Source of the DNA: Candidatus Poribacteria bacterium | Lineage (GTDB): Bacteria; Poribacteria; WGA-4E; JAJDTR01 | DNA: 64,000 bases | Assembly: GCA_965222225.1 (NCBI GenBank) | Contig: CBDCTK010000002.1 | Coordinates: 1,696,001 to 1,760,000 of the forward strand | Reading direction: 5' to 3' | Shown here: positions 31,801 to 40,092 of the stretch, piece by piece | How the letters are laid out: every line of letters starts with the position of its first letter | How positions within the stretch are numbered: the first letter of the stretch is position 1 | Notes under the pieces: generated by a model | Told to the model about the DNA's origin: nothing | Seen by the model: only the letters and a program-made list of their open reading frames with translations | Database searches by the model: none | Translations under genes and position numbers: made by a program

Positions 31801-32108
31801 CTGACTGGCCCTGCGACTTCTCTGGCGCTCAGAACGTCTTGTTTGAAATCCCGCAGGAAATTCACGAGCCCGACAGACCATACCCGCCAAAACCAACAGG
31901 TGTCGTTGTAGCCGAGGCGGATTTGGAAGCCCACGGCATCCAGGACTTGGCGGATCAGATCCCGGCTATCACACAGGCGGCGATTGGAACCGAAATCAAG
32001 TTCAAAATTAGCGTCGAGTTCGGCGGTAAAACTCCGCCCGACCCGGAGGCAGTGGAGAAGATTAACGAGTTGCTTGCCAAGGTGGATGATACGTTCAGGC
32101 TTAAGTGA
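28806..32108 (+). CDS. DUF499 AAA+ ATPase
   Basis: FAADLY, FF.LTYPT, YGGGKTHTL (Walker A), LLDE (Walker B), YPFHP, FQRTRG.LR. Confidence 0.92.
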   Translation: MKSTWKPWHHVVLLRDDLRTGELSLAVFAADLYDVVMQKGKRSVYEDPTEFFTLTYPTYNLRELVKDVSLRLARQSDKAYRTLSVNYGGGKTHTLITLKHLVEDPAALPKLPAIEEFEAHIGQKPPSARCAALCFDKIDLEKGVETLAPDGSVATLKRPWSILAYQIAGGEGLRLLHADGKELERDTPPAEPVLSELLSKPQRDNLATLVLLDEVLMYLRDMVESDGSWRGRLISFFQHLTNSVVKVDRCAMVASLRASDPRKHDSLGTELLADVSDVFGRQMEEDASPVSKEDVAEVLRRRFFKPESMQEDAFRPHVTSIVRGIATLDEGTKKGQKAEEKRYLDSYPFHPGLTETLYTRWTQVERFQRTRGILRTFAIALRDAEKWDTAPLVGPNVFLAEPGKRDLAEAASELASFASVDSGSGQQQEWRPILEGELEKAATIQSEATGLSGREIEQAVMSVFLSSQPIGQKALTPELMVLIGAANPDKIELEKALRRWAELSWFLDEQEIAAGESDAGGATALPKAWRLGNRPNLRQMHHAACTSRVPPELVDSKVIEAIEKQKTLTSDARAAGARVHNLPPRPRDIEDDGDFHYAVLGPNAVSESGKPSAAAKRFINETTAADRPRANRNAVVLAVPSRDGLDVARNRVREYLGWEEVRTQLKGQQVDLIREQMLVSETDTARKRIPDAVKQAYSIVVTVNDSNEIHAFKVVVPDEPLFTTIKAEKRSRIQETAISAEAMLPGGPYDLWREGEQSRRVKDLVGAFAQSPKLPKMLRSKGIMDTVEGGVQQGIWVAQVARPDMTTKTFWRTSIDEPALKEPSLEVVLPEFATLSELSSSLLKHQALPGLWSSAAITVQNLYDYFAGGNIVNIPKEGYEEPLTIPKCEPADVDAAVLEAVEQGTLWLTSGPASILNETVPPGVLSASASLRPPPAPIPVQELTDAEIPDAWRDRKTNALALATALSNRRDVTLPWHTVKTAISGAIQANWLAVSEESADWPCDFSGAQNVLFEIPQEIHEPDRPYPPKPTGVVVAEADLEAHGIQDLADQIPAITQAAIGTEIKFKISVEFGGKTPPDPEAVEKINELLAKVDDTFRLK

Positions 32109-32220
32109 AGGGGGTTTTAGTTAAATGAGGCATGTGCACACGTAAATTTTGTTTACGAGATTGCTCTGAATCCCAATCTTATCGGGGCGAATTCCTGCTG
32201 AATTCGTGATTCAGATATGT

Positions 32221-32410
32221 TGTACACATTGCGCTCCTCTGGAGCGCGGGAATTTGGATTTATCGCATTCTATCGACATATCGATCCTCTGGATCGAAAA
32301 CCTGGACTCTATGAAGTAATACGTGTTACTTGGTGAAAGAATTATTCCGGCAGGGATAATGAGGTGCTATAGACATAGAAGAATTCTATCGCGGTCACTA
32401 TGGGATTCAC
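32221..32410. repeat. REP-like hairpins and a dispersed repeat at the right edge of the island
   Basis: GCGCTCCTCTGGAGCGC and CGATCCTCTGGATCG hairpins; 32319-32375 resembles 8774-8827. Confidence 0.6.
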
Positions 32411-32632
32411 TATCGTACAGGACTTTCTACTGCCCTCCTTAATCAGTCGGTTAATCTCCTCCGGAGCGAAAGAACGGAAAATGAATAGCTAGAGAAAAAT
32501 CTGCTAGATTTGTCAATCCAGCAGGAGCGGCCTGGGACTCGGTGCGCCGCGGTCTTTTTCAAGGTGTAAAATTAAAAATTGAAATGTGCATATGCCGCTA
32601 TACCGTGCGTTTCGCGAATCAATCATTTGACT

Positions 32633-33601
32633 CTACGGTATAAGAAGTACTTTCCCCTTCGTTTGTCTTCCCTCAATATAACGATGCGCGGCAGCGGCGT
32701 TCGCCAGCGCGAAGGTTGTATCAATTCGCACATCCAGTTCCCCTGATGACATCCACCTAAAGAGATCTCCTGACCGTTGTAACAGTTCCTCTCGATCGTT
32801 GGCATAATGCGTCAGGCTAGGACGTGTCAGAAAGAGCGAACCTTTCTGGTTCAAAATCTGAGGATTGAATTCAGAAACAGGGCCGCTAGACTGACCGTAG
32901 AGCACCATATAACCTCGGGGTTTCAAACAGTTGAGTCCCTTCTCGAAAGTGGTCTTGGCAACTGAGTCATAAACGACATTCACACCCTGATTATCAGTCA
33001 GTCGGCGGGTTTCCTCCTCAAAGTCGCTCTGCGTATAGAAAATGATTTCATCGGCGCCAGCTTGTCTTGCCAGGGCTGCTTTCTCTTCCGTAGAAACAGT
33101 ACCAATGACGCGAGCGCCCGCACGTTTTGCCATCTGGACGAGGAGCAAACCGACGCCACCTGCTGCCGCATGAACGAGGGCGGTATCTGTCGGGCCGAGC
33201 GGATAGGTAGTGAAGGCAAGGTAATGGGCGGTCATTCCCTGCAACATCACCGCCGCTGCTTGCTGTGTGCCTACTTCGTCTGGCACCGGCACCAACTTTT
33301 CTGCGGGCACAGTAGTGTATTCGGCATAAGAGCCCTGATGCGTAGCATACGCGACGCAATCTCCTGCCTTAAGCCCATCCGTCCCCGGACCAACTGCATC
33401 CACGACGCCAGCTGCTTCCATTCCGGGCGTAACCGGCAGTGTCCCAGGATATAACCCCTTACGATGGTAACAATCAATGAAGTTTAGTCCGATGGCTTCG
33501 ATTCGGACGCGGGCTTCTCCAAAGCCCGGCTCTGGTACGGGTGCGTCTTCATACTGTAAGGCTTCCGGGCCTCCAAATTCATGGACTCGTACTATTTTCA
33601 T
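32633..33601 (-). CDS. qor: NADPH:quinone oxidoreductase
   Basis: [43 protein letters not shown]. Confidence 0.9.
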   Translation of the reverse strand: MKIVRVHEFGGPEALQYEDAPVPEPGFGEARVRIEAIGLNFIDCYHRKGLYPGTLPVTPGMEAAGVVDAVGPGTDGLKAGDCVAYATHQGSYAEYTTVPAEKLVPVPDEVGTQQAAAVMLQGMTAHYLAFTTYPLGPTDTALVHAAAGGVGLLLVQMAKRAGARVIGTVSTEEKAALARQAGADEIIFYTQSDFEEETRRLTDNQGVNVVYDSVAKTTFEKGLNCLKPRGYMVLYGQSSGPVSEFNPQILNQKGSLFLTRPSLTHYANDREELLQRSGDLFRWMSSGELDVRIDTTFALANAAAAHRYIEGRQTKGKVLLIP

Positions 33602-33736
33602 GTATTTTTTCCCTCCTTAATTGACGAGTCATTGTTCTAACTAAGAGCATAATGTAGCGCAGCCGCATCATACGACAGGATTTACGCAAAAAGCAGAATT
33701 GACAATCTTCTGTGACAATCTCATGTTGTAGGGGTC

Positions 33737-33768
33737 TTGTAGGGAACGCAGATCTGCGTTCCCTACAA
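33737..33768. repeat. Perfect 32-bp GTAG-type REP palindrome
   Basis: TTGTAGGGAACGCAGA|TCTGCGTTCCCTACAA. Confidence 0.8.
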
Positions 33769-33895
33769 TCTGAATCACATAAGTCCTAATTCTGTTCATT
33801 CCTTTGTTTGATGATTGTAAGATTGTCGGACGTAGACAAATCTTTGTTCCAATGCATTCTTTGAGGAGGATTGTTCGCAGCCAGTTGTGCTGAGG

Positions 33896-34711
33896 TTAAA
33901 TCTCCACCTTCGGACTTTTCTGAACAGCCTTTATGGCTTCGGTTGTGCCAAATTTCTTTAATGTTTGAAGCGTGTTGAACTGTACTTTCGGATCTTGTTC
34001 GGTCTTCAATAGTTTTATGAGCGCGGCAACCGTCGACCGGGAAGGTGGGCCCATTTCGCCCAATGCCCAAGCGGCATTCATTCGAACCCGAACTGCGTTA
34101 TCCACCAACGCCTTTAGCAGCGCTGGAATAGCCCCTTGCGTTACCTCACCAAATTGCCCTAAAACGCTCGCTGCTTTAGCTCGCAATTGATCCGTATCGT
34201 TTTTCAATATCTCAACTAATCGAGATGTTATAGTTGCATCAGGGACGCCTATTTGGCCGAGGGCTTCAATGGCGCGCGCGCGCGTGGCTTCATCTTCGAT
34301 CGAGAGCCGGTCCGCCAAGACGCTAGTGACTTGCGGTGCCTCGCTCCTTGGCATCGGACGAATTTCTACCGCATTGCGCCAACGCTTTTTTTCGAGGTAG
34401 TTCCCAATCTGCGCTTGTTTCCAAGCAGATGGCCACACCTCTCGCGTTTCAATCGTCTGTCCGTGGCACAATTCAAAGACACAGTGTTGAATCTCAGACT
34501 TCTCTTGAGTGTAGATATACTTTCCGATGACCACGCCGTTCCAAGATTGAATCCAGTGATGAAACCACCGTCGTAGCCATTGATAGCCCCATCTATAATG
34601 TCTGATGAACAGAAAGAGGAGTGCACATATGGTGACGACAGCAAGCACGTCAATCACAACTGCAGGGACTTTCATACCCACATATCCTAAAATGGCACCA
34701 ATCGAAGCCAA
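33896..34711 (-). CDS. Membrane-anchored HEAT-repeat protein
   Basis: N-terminal hydrophobic helix; R..A..ALG.IG / VR.NAAWALG HEAT repeats. Confidence 0.75.
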   Translation of the reverse strand: MASIGAILGYVGMKVPAVVIDVLAVVTICALLFLFIRHYRWGYQWLRRWFHHWIQSWNGVVIGKYIYTQEKSEIQHCVFELCHGQTIETREVWPSAWKQAQIGNYLEKKRWRNAVEIRPMPRSEAPQVTSVLADRLSIEDEATRARAIEALGQIGVPDATITSRLVEILKNDTDQLRAKAASVLGQFGEVTQGAIPALLKALVDNAVRVRMNAAWALGEMGPPSRSTVAALIKLLKTEQDPKVQFNTLQTLKKFGTTEAIKAVQKSPKVEI

Positions 34712-34894
34712 GTTCTACGACAAGTGTTCGTCTCTTGCTCTGCAGAGGAACGCTACATCTATAACAAAGGGTTGAATCGCTCCAGACGAGCGAAGCGTCC
34801 TTACCCAAATAGAGTGTTGAATTGGCACATGTCCCTGTTATTAAGCGGCGCACGCAAAGGGAACATCATCCGAGATTTTTGATTCATAACCCTA

Positions 34895-36235
34895 CTACAA
34901 CCGCCGCAAGGCACTCATCACTCCTGAGGCCAATCTGTCGACATGACTATCATCCATTGGTAGCGAGATATTCCCACTCTCCCTCCAGTGAATCCCCTGA
35001 TTGAGAAGTGCAAAAAACAGCCAATTGTGCATCAACTCATCATTCTGCGCAGCTTCACGATAGTTGGACGGCGTCTGCGACATGAAGTGCACCTTAAACA
35101 GTGACCCTGCTGTCGAGACTTGTGCTTCAACTCCAACCTCATCAAACACGGCTTTCATTTCCTTTGCCAACCGCCGGGCTAATCCTGCTATCTTGTCATA
35201 CGCGTCCGGTGTCATAATTCGCAGCGTCATTAGTCCTGCCACCATGGCTAGTGGATTCGCATTGAAAGTTCCCGCATGATGAATCTTTGGTCCCGTGGTT
35301 GTTGGATCGTATAGCGCTAGTATATCCGCGCGTCCTCCGAAGGCTGCGCCCGGTACGCCGCCAGCGATGACTTTGGCGAGGCAGGTTAAGTCGGGTCGGA
35401 TGTTGTATGTTTCCTGCGCTCCACCGCGCGCGGACCTGAAACTAATGATTTCGTCAAAGATTAGCAGCACATCCGCCCGCTTGGTCATCTCTCGTAACTT
35501 GGATAGGAAACCGTCTTTGGGTAGTGTAAATCCGGCGCCCGTCGATAACGGGTCAACTATGACCGCAGCCAGTTCATCGGCATGCTCGTTGATAACCTGC
35601 TCGCAGGCCTCCGCGTCGTTAAATGGCAACACAACCACACCGTCGGCAGTGGATTCCGTGAGTCCAGCGGAGGACAGGACCGAATTCGGCCGCTCCGCCG
35701 GCCCCAGCGCATCGTTCAATGGTGGACTGTAACTGACTAATGCAAATTCACTTGTGCCGTGATATGCACCTTCAAACTTGGCTATCTTGGGCTTACCGGT
35801 AAATCCCTTCGCCGATCGAATAGCGTTCATTACGGATTCTGTACCCGAGCTGCAGAATCGCACTCGTTCGAGAGACGGTATCCGATCCTTTAGTAGCTCA
35901 GCCATTTCAACCTCAAGCGCTGTTGGTCGTGAAAAGGCGGTACCCTTTGCGACCTGCTCTTGAAGCACGCTGACAACTTCAGGATGGGCGTGTCCCAAAA
36001 TTAGCGCCGTCGCTTGATTAACAAAATCCAACAGATAATGACCGTCCAGATCAATCAAATGAACGCCCTCACCGTGGTTGATATAGGGTGGAAAGGGGTG
36101 GAAATACAGCCCGGAACGGGAGTTACTTCCCGGCAACGACTGTTTCGCCCGCTCACACATCGCTTGTGAACACGGATTATTTGCCACGTATTCGGCAATC
36201 AGAGAGTTCAACGACTTCTGCAACATTTCTTTCAT
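34895..36235 (-). CDS. Class III aminotransferase (glutamate-1-semialdehyde aminomutase-like)
   Basis: SGTESVM, KFEGAYHG, LIFDEII, PDLTCLAKVIAGG, GTFNANP. Confidence 0.87.
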   Translation of the reverse strand: MKEMLQKSLNSLIAEYVANNPCSQAMCERAKQSLPGSNSRSGLYFHPFPPYINHGEGVHLIDLDGHYLLDFVNQATALILGHAHPEVVSVLQEQVAKGTAFSRPTALEVEMAELLKDRIPSLERVRFCSSGTESVMNAIRSAKGFTGKPKIAKFEGAYHGTSEFALVSYSPPLNDALGPAERPNSVLSSAGLTESTADGVVVLPFNDAEACEQVINEHADELAAVIVDPLSTGAGFTLPKDGFLSKLREMTKRADVLLIFDEIISFRSARGGAQETYNIRPDLTCLAKVIAGGVPGAAFGGRADILALYDPTTTGPKIHHAGTFNANPLAMVAGLMTLRIMTPDAYDKIAGLARRLAKEMKAVFDEVGVEAQVSTAGSLFKVHFMSQTPSNYREAAQNDELMHNWLFFALLNQGIHWRESGNISLPMDDSHVDRLASGVMSALRRL

Positions 36236-36671
36236 TATCTTGCCTCCCATTGCATGGGGATTTAAGTCTTGTTTTTGCGCACCAATGGTTCAACAAATGC
36301 CTGTTTTCTTGCTCCCGTGAACGAGCCCCGAATCCGACAACCAACCTATGACGGCTGAGGAGCCGTGCTATGCTATATGACTACGGGCGTAAACTCGCGA
36401 TCCCCCCAGCTCCGCAAACTGCCTTTTTTTATCCAGGTGATAGATGTTACTCCATTTGACAATCGCTTTCAAGCGCAAAATCTCGCTCTTGGGACATCGG
36501 ATTTAGCAAGTCAGAAAAAGGACGCGTAGTGGGTAAGAAAAGCAAGAGAGACAGCCGATTGGCGGTGTTAATGGCTACTGGAAGAGAAACGGAGAGGTAA
36601 ACCGGAGTGCAACACGTATCCTAGGCGACTGTCCATTCTAGTCTATTAGAATAGATTAATCTGGCAATGCC

Positions 36672-37445
36672 TCATCTATCTTTCTTGTTTTTCTTTTGGC
36701 TGCGTGTTAGTGGCACAAACCGAACCGGCATAACCTGTTTTGTCGTGACTGTTCCGTCTAGCGCCTTTTCGACAATCAATATATTCTGCACTTGGAACCG
36801 TCCACCAACCGGAATCCCCATTCGTCCCCCAGGTTTGAGTTGGTTCACGAGTGGGGGAGGAATGTGATCTGCGGCTGCCGTAACAATGATTGCATCGAAA
36901 GGTGCGTGTTCCTTCCAGCCGAAATAACCGTCGCCTATTCTCACGGTGATGTTCTGGTAGTTAAGCCTTTCAAGACGCGCTTTCACCTGCTCACCGAGTT
37001 CTTTGATAATCTCTATGCTATAGACATTTTCAACGATCTCCGCGAGAACCGCAGCTTGGTACCCGGAACCCGTGCCAATCTCAAGCACTTTGTGTTCCTT
37101 TTTAACTTTGAGCATCTCGGTCATGAATCCAACAATGTATGGTTGTGAAATGGTCTGATCGTACCCGATTGGCAGTGGCGAATCAGCGTAAGACCGGGAT
37201 TTGTATCTTTTAGGCACGAATTCATGGCGTGGCACGCGGCGCATGGCGTCCAACACAACCTCGTCTCGAACACCGACGCGGCCATCCCGTACGCCACGCC
37301 GGTCAATCTGCGTGGCAACCATTCGCTCACGTTGTTTCTGGTAAGGATCTGCCTTGGGTTCGCTCGTGCGAGGTTGAGGAATGTTTGCCGAAAGTACGCC
37401 AACGATTAAAGATATTGCAAGTATAGCGACGCTCGTTCTCATCAT
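36672..37445 (-). CDS. pcm: Protein-L-isoaspartate O-methyltransferase with N-terminal signal or anchor
   Basis: VPRHEFV, QTISQPY, VLEIGTGSGYQAA, APFDAIIVTAA, VRFVPL. Confidence 0.93.
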   Translation of the reverse strand: MMRTSVAILAISLIVGVLSANIPQPRTSEPKADPYQKQRERMVATQIDRRGVRDGRVGVRDEVVLDAMRRVPRHEFVPKRYKSRSYADSPLPIGYDQTISQPYIVGFMTEMLKVKKEHKVLEIGTGSGYQAAVLAEIVENVYSIEIIKELGEQVKARLERLNYQNITVRIGDGYFGWKEHAPFDAIIVTAAADHIPPPLVNQLKPGGRMGIPVGGRFQVQNILIVEKALDGTVTTKQVMPVRFVPLTRSQKKNKKDR

Positions 37446-37495
37446 TATATATCTCCTTCAGTCGCCGACGATGTTGCGGGGTTTCACTTCAGTAG

Positions 37496-39175
37496 CTACT
37501 CGTTGACACTACGATCGCCCCTTACGGTGGCTACCGGATCACTCGACACATAGTGGTCAATCCCATTTGCAATTGCCTCTGCGATGCCATGTTGATACGC
37601 TTTTTTCGTCAGTTTTTCGGCTTCGATCGTATGCGACAAGAAACCCACCTCAACAAGAACGGCTGGAACCTTTGTGCCAATTAACACGACAAAGGGGGCG
37701 TGTTTCACTCCACGATCTGCCGCCTGTGTCGAGTTGACCAACTGTGCCTGAACACACTGAGCGAGTCGACGACTTTCCACGCTCTTGCTCTCTTTGAGAA
37801 TCTTCGCCACAAGTTTATCGAGTTCTTTGATGCCGTATCCAGCGCCACTATTTTCGCGGGCAGCCGTGCGTTGCGCTGTCTCATCAGACGCTAGGGCAAG
37901 GTAGTAGGTTTCAATACCTGACGCACTGGTATGGTTGGCGGCGTTTGCGTGAATGCTAATGAACAGGTCCGCGCCTTGCGTCGTAGCCTTTCGGGTGCGT
38001 TCTCGGAGAGGAATATAGATGTCGCGCGCGCGCGTGAGCCGCACATTGTAACCTCGACTTACTAGCAGGTCGCGCAGCATGAGCGATAGTTCCAGTACCA
38101 CACTCTTCTCATGAATGTGTGAGTTGCTTATCGCCCCAGGATCCCTGCCACCGTGTCCCGGATCAATAACAACCGTCTTGACCTCGAGTCCAAGCTGGCG
38201 TGGTAATGTGATATTGATGCCGGGGTCGGCTTTTGAGTTTTCTACTAGAACGTTCTGTACCGGACTGTGTCCCACTTGTTCCTGCGGTTCGGTTATTCGT
38301 CCTTCGTTCGTCGGTGCGGTTATCTCGAACTGACTGTCCGTAGATGGAAGGCTAGCAATTTCAACGTCGTCAGAGAGCATTATTTGTGGCATAGATTGAC
38401 CTTCCGTCCGAACTTTCTCATCATCAGTCTTGGGAGGGGGCGTAGTTATGACCGGCATAGCCGGTAATTCGTCGGTTGGCGGCCCCAGCGAACGCCGTTC
38501 CGATGGCATGTTAAGCCCAAGCGTACTAATGCCCTCCGGCTTCAATGCCGTTGAATCGGATGATGCTTGCCCTAACCGAACACGTCGGATGCGTTTTTTG
38601 GCTCGGGCGACAAGTGGTGAATTATTACTTCGTTCGGCGACAGATTGATACGTCGAGATAGCGACTGCCAGGTTATTCTGTTTTTCGTAAATTTGGGCTA
38701 GATCAAATTGTGCGAGCTCGGATATAGAATGGTTGAAATAGTCGTTGATTACCTTCTGATAGTGCATCGCAGCATGGTTGCTGTCGTCGAGTTGAAAGTG
38801 GCAAGCTCCGAGCCAGTAATGCGCGTCAGCGACTAGAGGCGTATCGGGATAGTTTTCTAGAAGTTTTTCGAGTGCGCCTATCGCGTGTTGGATACGCACC
38901 GGATCCGTCTTTTTTGATAGCCAAATCCAGCATGAACCGATGGCGTATTGAGCATCATCTGCGCACTCGCCGCTAGGATTGGCGGCAACAATAGCCTCAA
39001 ATTCTTCGATAAGTGACATCCATTCATCCTTTGATCCGCCAACCTTCCTGTCGGCAAGTTGATGATGACGATTTGAAGCGCTGCTATACATCGCCGGCGT
39101 CAAATCGACAGAGCGAAAACACGAGGACAGTGTTATAACAAAGAAAAGAAGGACTGATAAACCTGTTATTTTCAT
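37496..39175 (-). CDS. N-acetylmuramoyl-L-alanine amidase (Amidase_3) with lipoprotein signal and TPR region
   Basis: LSSC lipobox; TPR-like repeats; IDPGHGG.DPGA, FISIHANA, PAVLVEVGF. Confidence 0.88.
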   Translation of the reverse strand: MKITGLSVLLFFVITLSSCFRSVDLTPAMYSSASNRHHQLADRKVGGSKDEWMSLIEEFEAIVAANPSGECADDAQYAIGSCWIWLSKKTDPVRIQHAIGALEKLLENYPDTPLVADAHYWLGACHFQLDDSNHAAMHYQKVINDYFNHSISELAQFDLAQIYEKQNNLAVAISTYQSVAERSNNSPLVARAKKRIRRVRLGQASSDSTALKPEGISTLGLNMPSERRSLGPPTDELPAMPVITTPPPKTDDEKVRTEGQSMPQIMLSDDVEIASLPSTDSQFEITAPTNEGRITEPQEQVGHSPVQNVLVENSKADPGINITLPRQLGLEVKTVVIDPGHGGRDPGAISNSHIHEKSVVLELSLMLRDLLVSRGYNVRLTRARDIYIPLRERTRKATTQGADLFISIHANAANHTSASGIETYYLALASDETAQRTAARENSGAGYGIKELDKLVAKILKESKSVESRRLAQCVQAQLVNSTQAADRGVKHAPFVVLIGTKVPAVLVEVGFLSHTIEAEKLTKKAYQHGIAEAIANGIDHYVSSDPVATVRGDRSVNE

Positions 39176-39219
39176 AACCGTAACTGCATGATCCTAGGTC
39201 AAACCTAGATCTGGCGATC

Positions 39220-39248
39220 TTGACAAACTAGAAAACCTTTGATAAAAT
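39220..39248 (+). promoter_or_regulatory. Sigma70-type promoter
   Basis: TTGACA-17 bp-TAAAAT with TG extension. Confidence 0.5.
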
Positions 39249-39408
39249 CAATCTGCGGATGACGATACACAAAGTAGAAACTAATTCATTTTGACTCTCT
39301 GAACGGAAATGAATGACTACCTCGGTTCTCAACGACGATATTGCAGACGGTTTCACGATTTCAAGCCCCCGCTTGAACGTGGTGCACTAGCATACAAATG
39401 GAGGGCAA

Positions 39409-39875
39409 ATGTTGATTACATTACATTTTATGTTAATACTGGTAGCCCGAGTCGTCTTCGCCGTTGCCGTTTCATTCTGCCTTCTTAAAGTGCTCGGACC
39501 ACCAATTTCCGCCATCCTTGGGCGCATCATTAAGGACGATATCAGCGGCGCGTTCATAAAATACGTGAAATTGGCTACCTATCTAGTAGCCATTGCACGT
39601 GGGCGTCAGCCCTCCGCCTGAAGGACAAGGACAAAGGTTAGGGGGAAGCCTTAAGTGAAATTTCTGCCGATTCGCAAATTTCAAATCTCAATAGGAAGCT
39701 TATGGATGAATTGTATAACGAACTCTGGTTGATGGAATTATATGGAATCATCATTGGAACCATTCTTAAGACACTTCAGGCAATCGTTCACGTATATCTT
39801 TTGCTATTTGGATTTGCCTTAGTCGCATATATCATGGTTAAGGCTTTGGAGTTGCTGGAAGCAAAACAGAAGTAA
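39409..39875 (+). pseudogene. Small integral membrane protein split by a frameshift near 39600
   Basis: GGAGG RBS; first ORF ends 39621; hydrophobic continuation in another frame (..LMELYGIII..FALVAYIMVKALELL..) to TAA 39875. Confidence 0.55.
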
Positions 39876-39885
39876 AATTCTGTCC

Positions 39886-40007
39886 AAGAACGTGTTTGAA
39901 AACTATTCCTCGCCATTCTTTGGGGACAGCCATTCGATGTTGGTGCCGTTCATTCTTAAAATGGCATTTCTCAAAAGACCGGCTTCGGTATTTCAAACTG
40001 GTCCTAA
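39886..40007. mobile_element. Short MITE-like element related to 15032-15299
   Basis: Imperfect inverted ends AAGAACGTGTTTGAAA / TTTCAAACTGGTCCTAA. Confidence 0.4.
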
Positions 40008-40092
40008 CTTCGTCGCGCGTCTAGCTGATTGTGTACCATTCCATCATTTTAATTTCATACCTTAAAATGCGTCGCGTCATATCCTATCGCCT

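Noticed and set aside
25266-31934. Long antisense or alternate-frame ORFs (e.g. 25321-26301, 29532-30083)
   Set aside because: Shadow ORFs of GC-rich coding sequence with no recognisable motifs
15459-32108. DISARM or BREX assignment
   Set aside because: No drmA/B/C, pglZ or brxL-like genes seen; the DUF499/DUF1156 pair fits the restriction-like family better
34895-36235. hemL gene symbol
   Set aside because: GSA-aminomutase-like but divergent and not in a heme operon; paralogs of this class are common
36385-36420. tmRNA or tRNA 3' end (CCCCCCAGCTCC)
   Set aside because: No GTTC T-loop, no CCA end and no matching 5' acceptor strand
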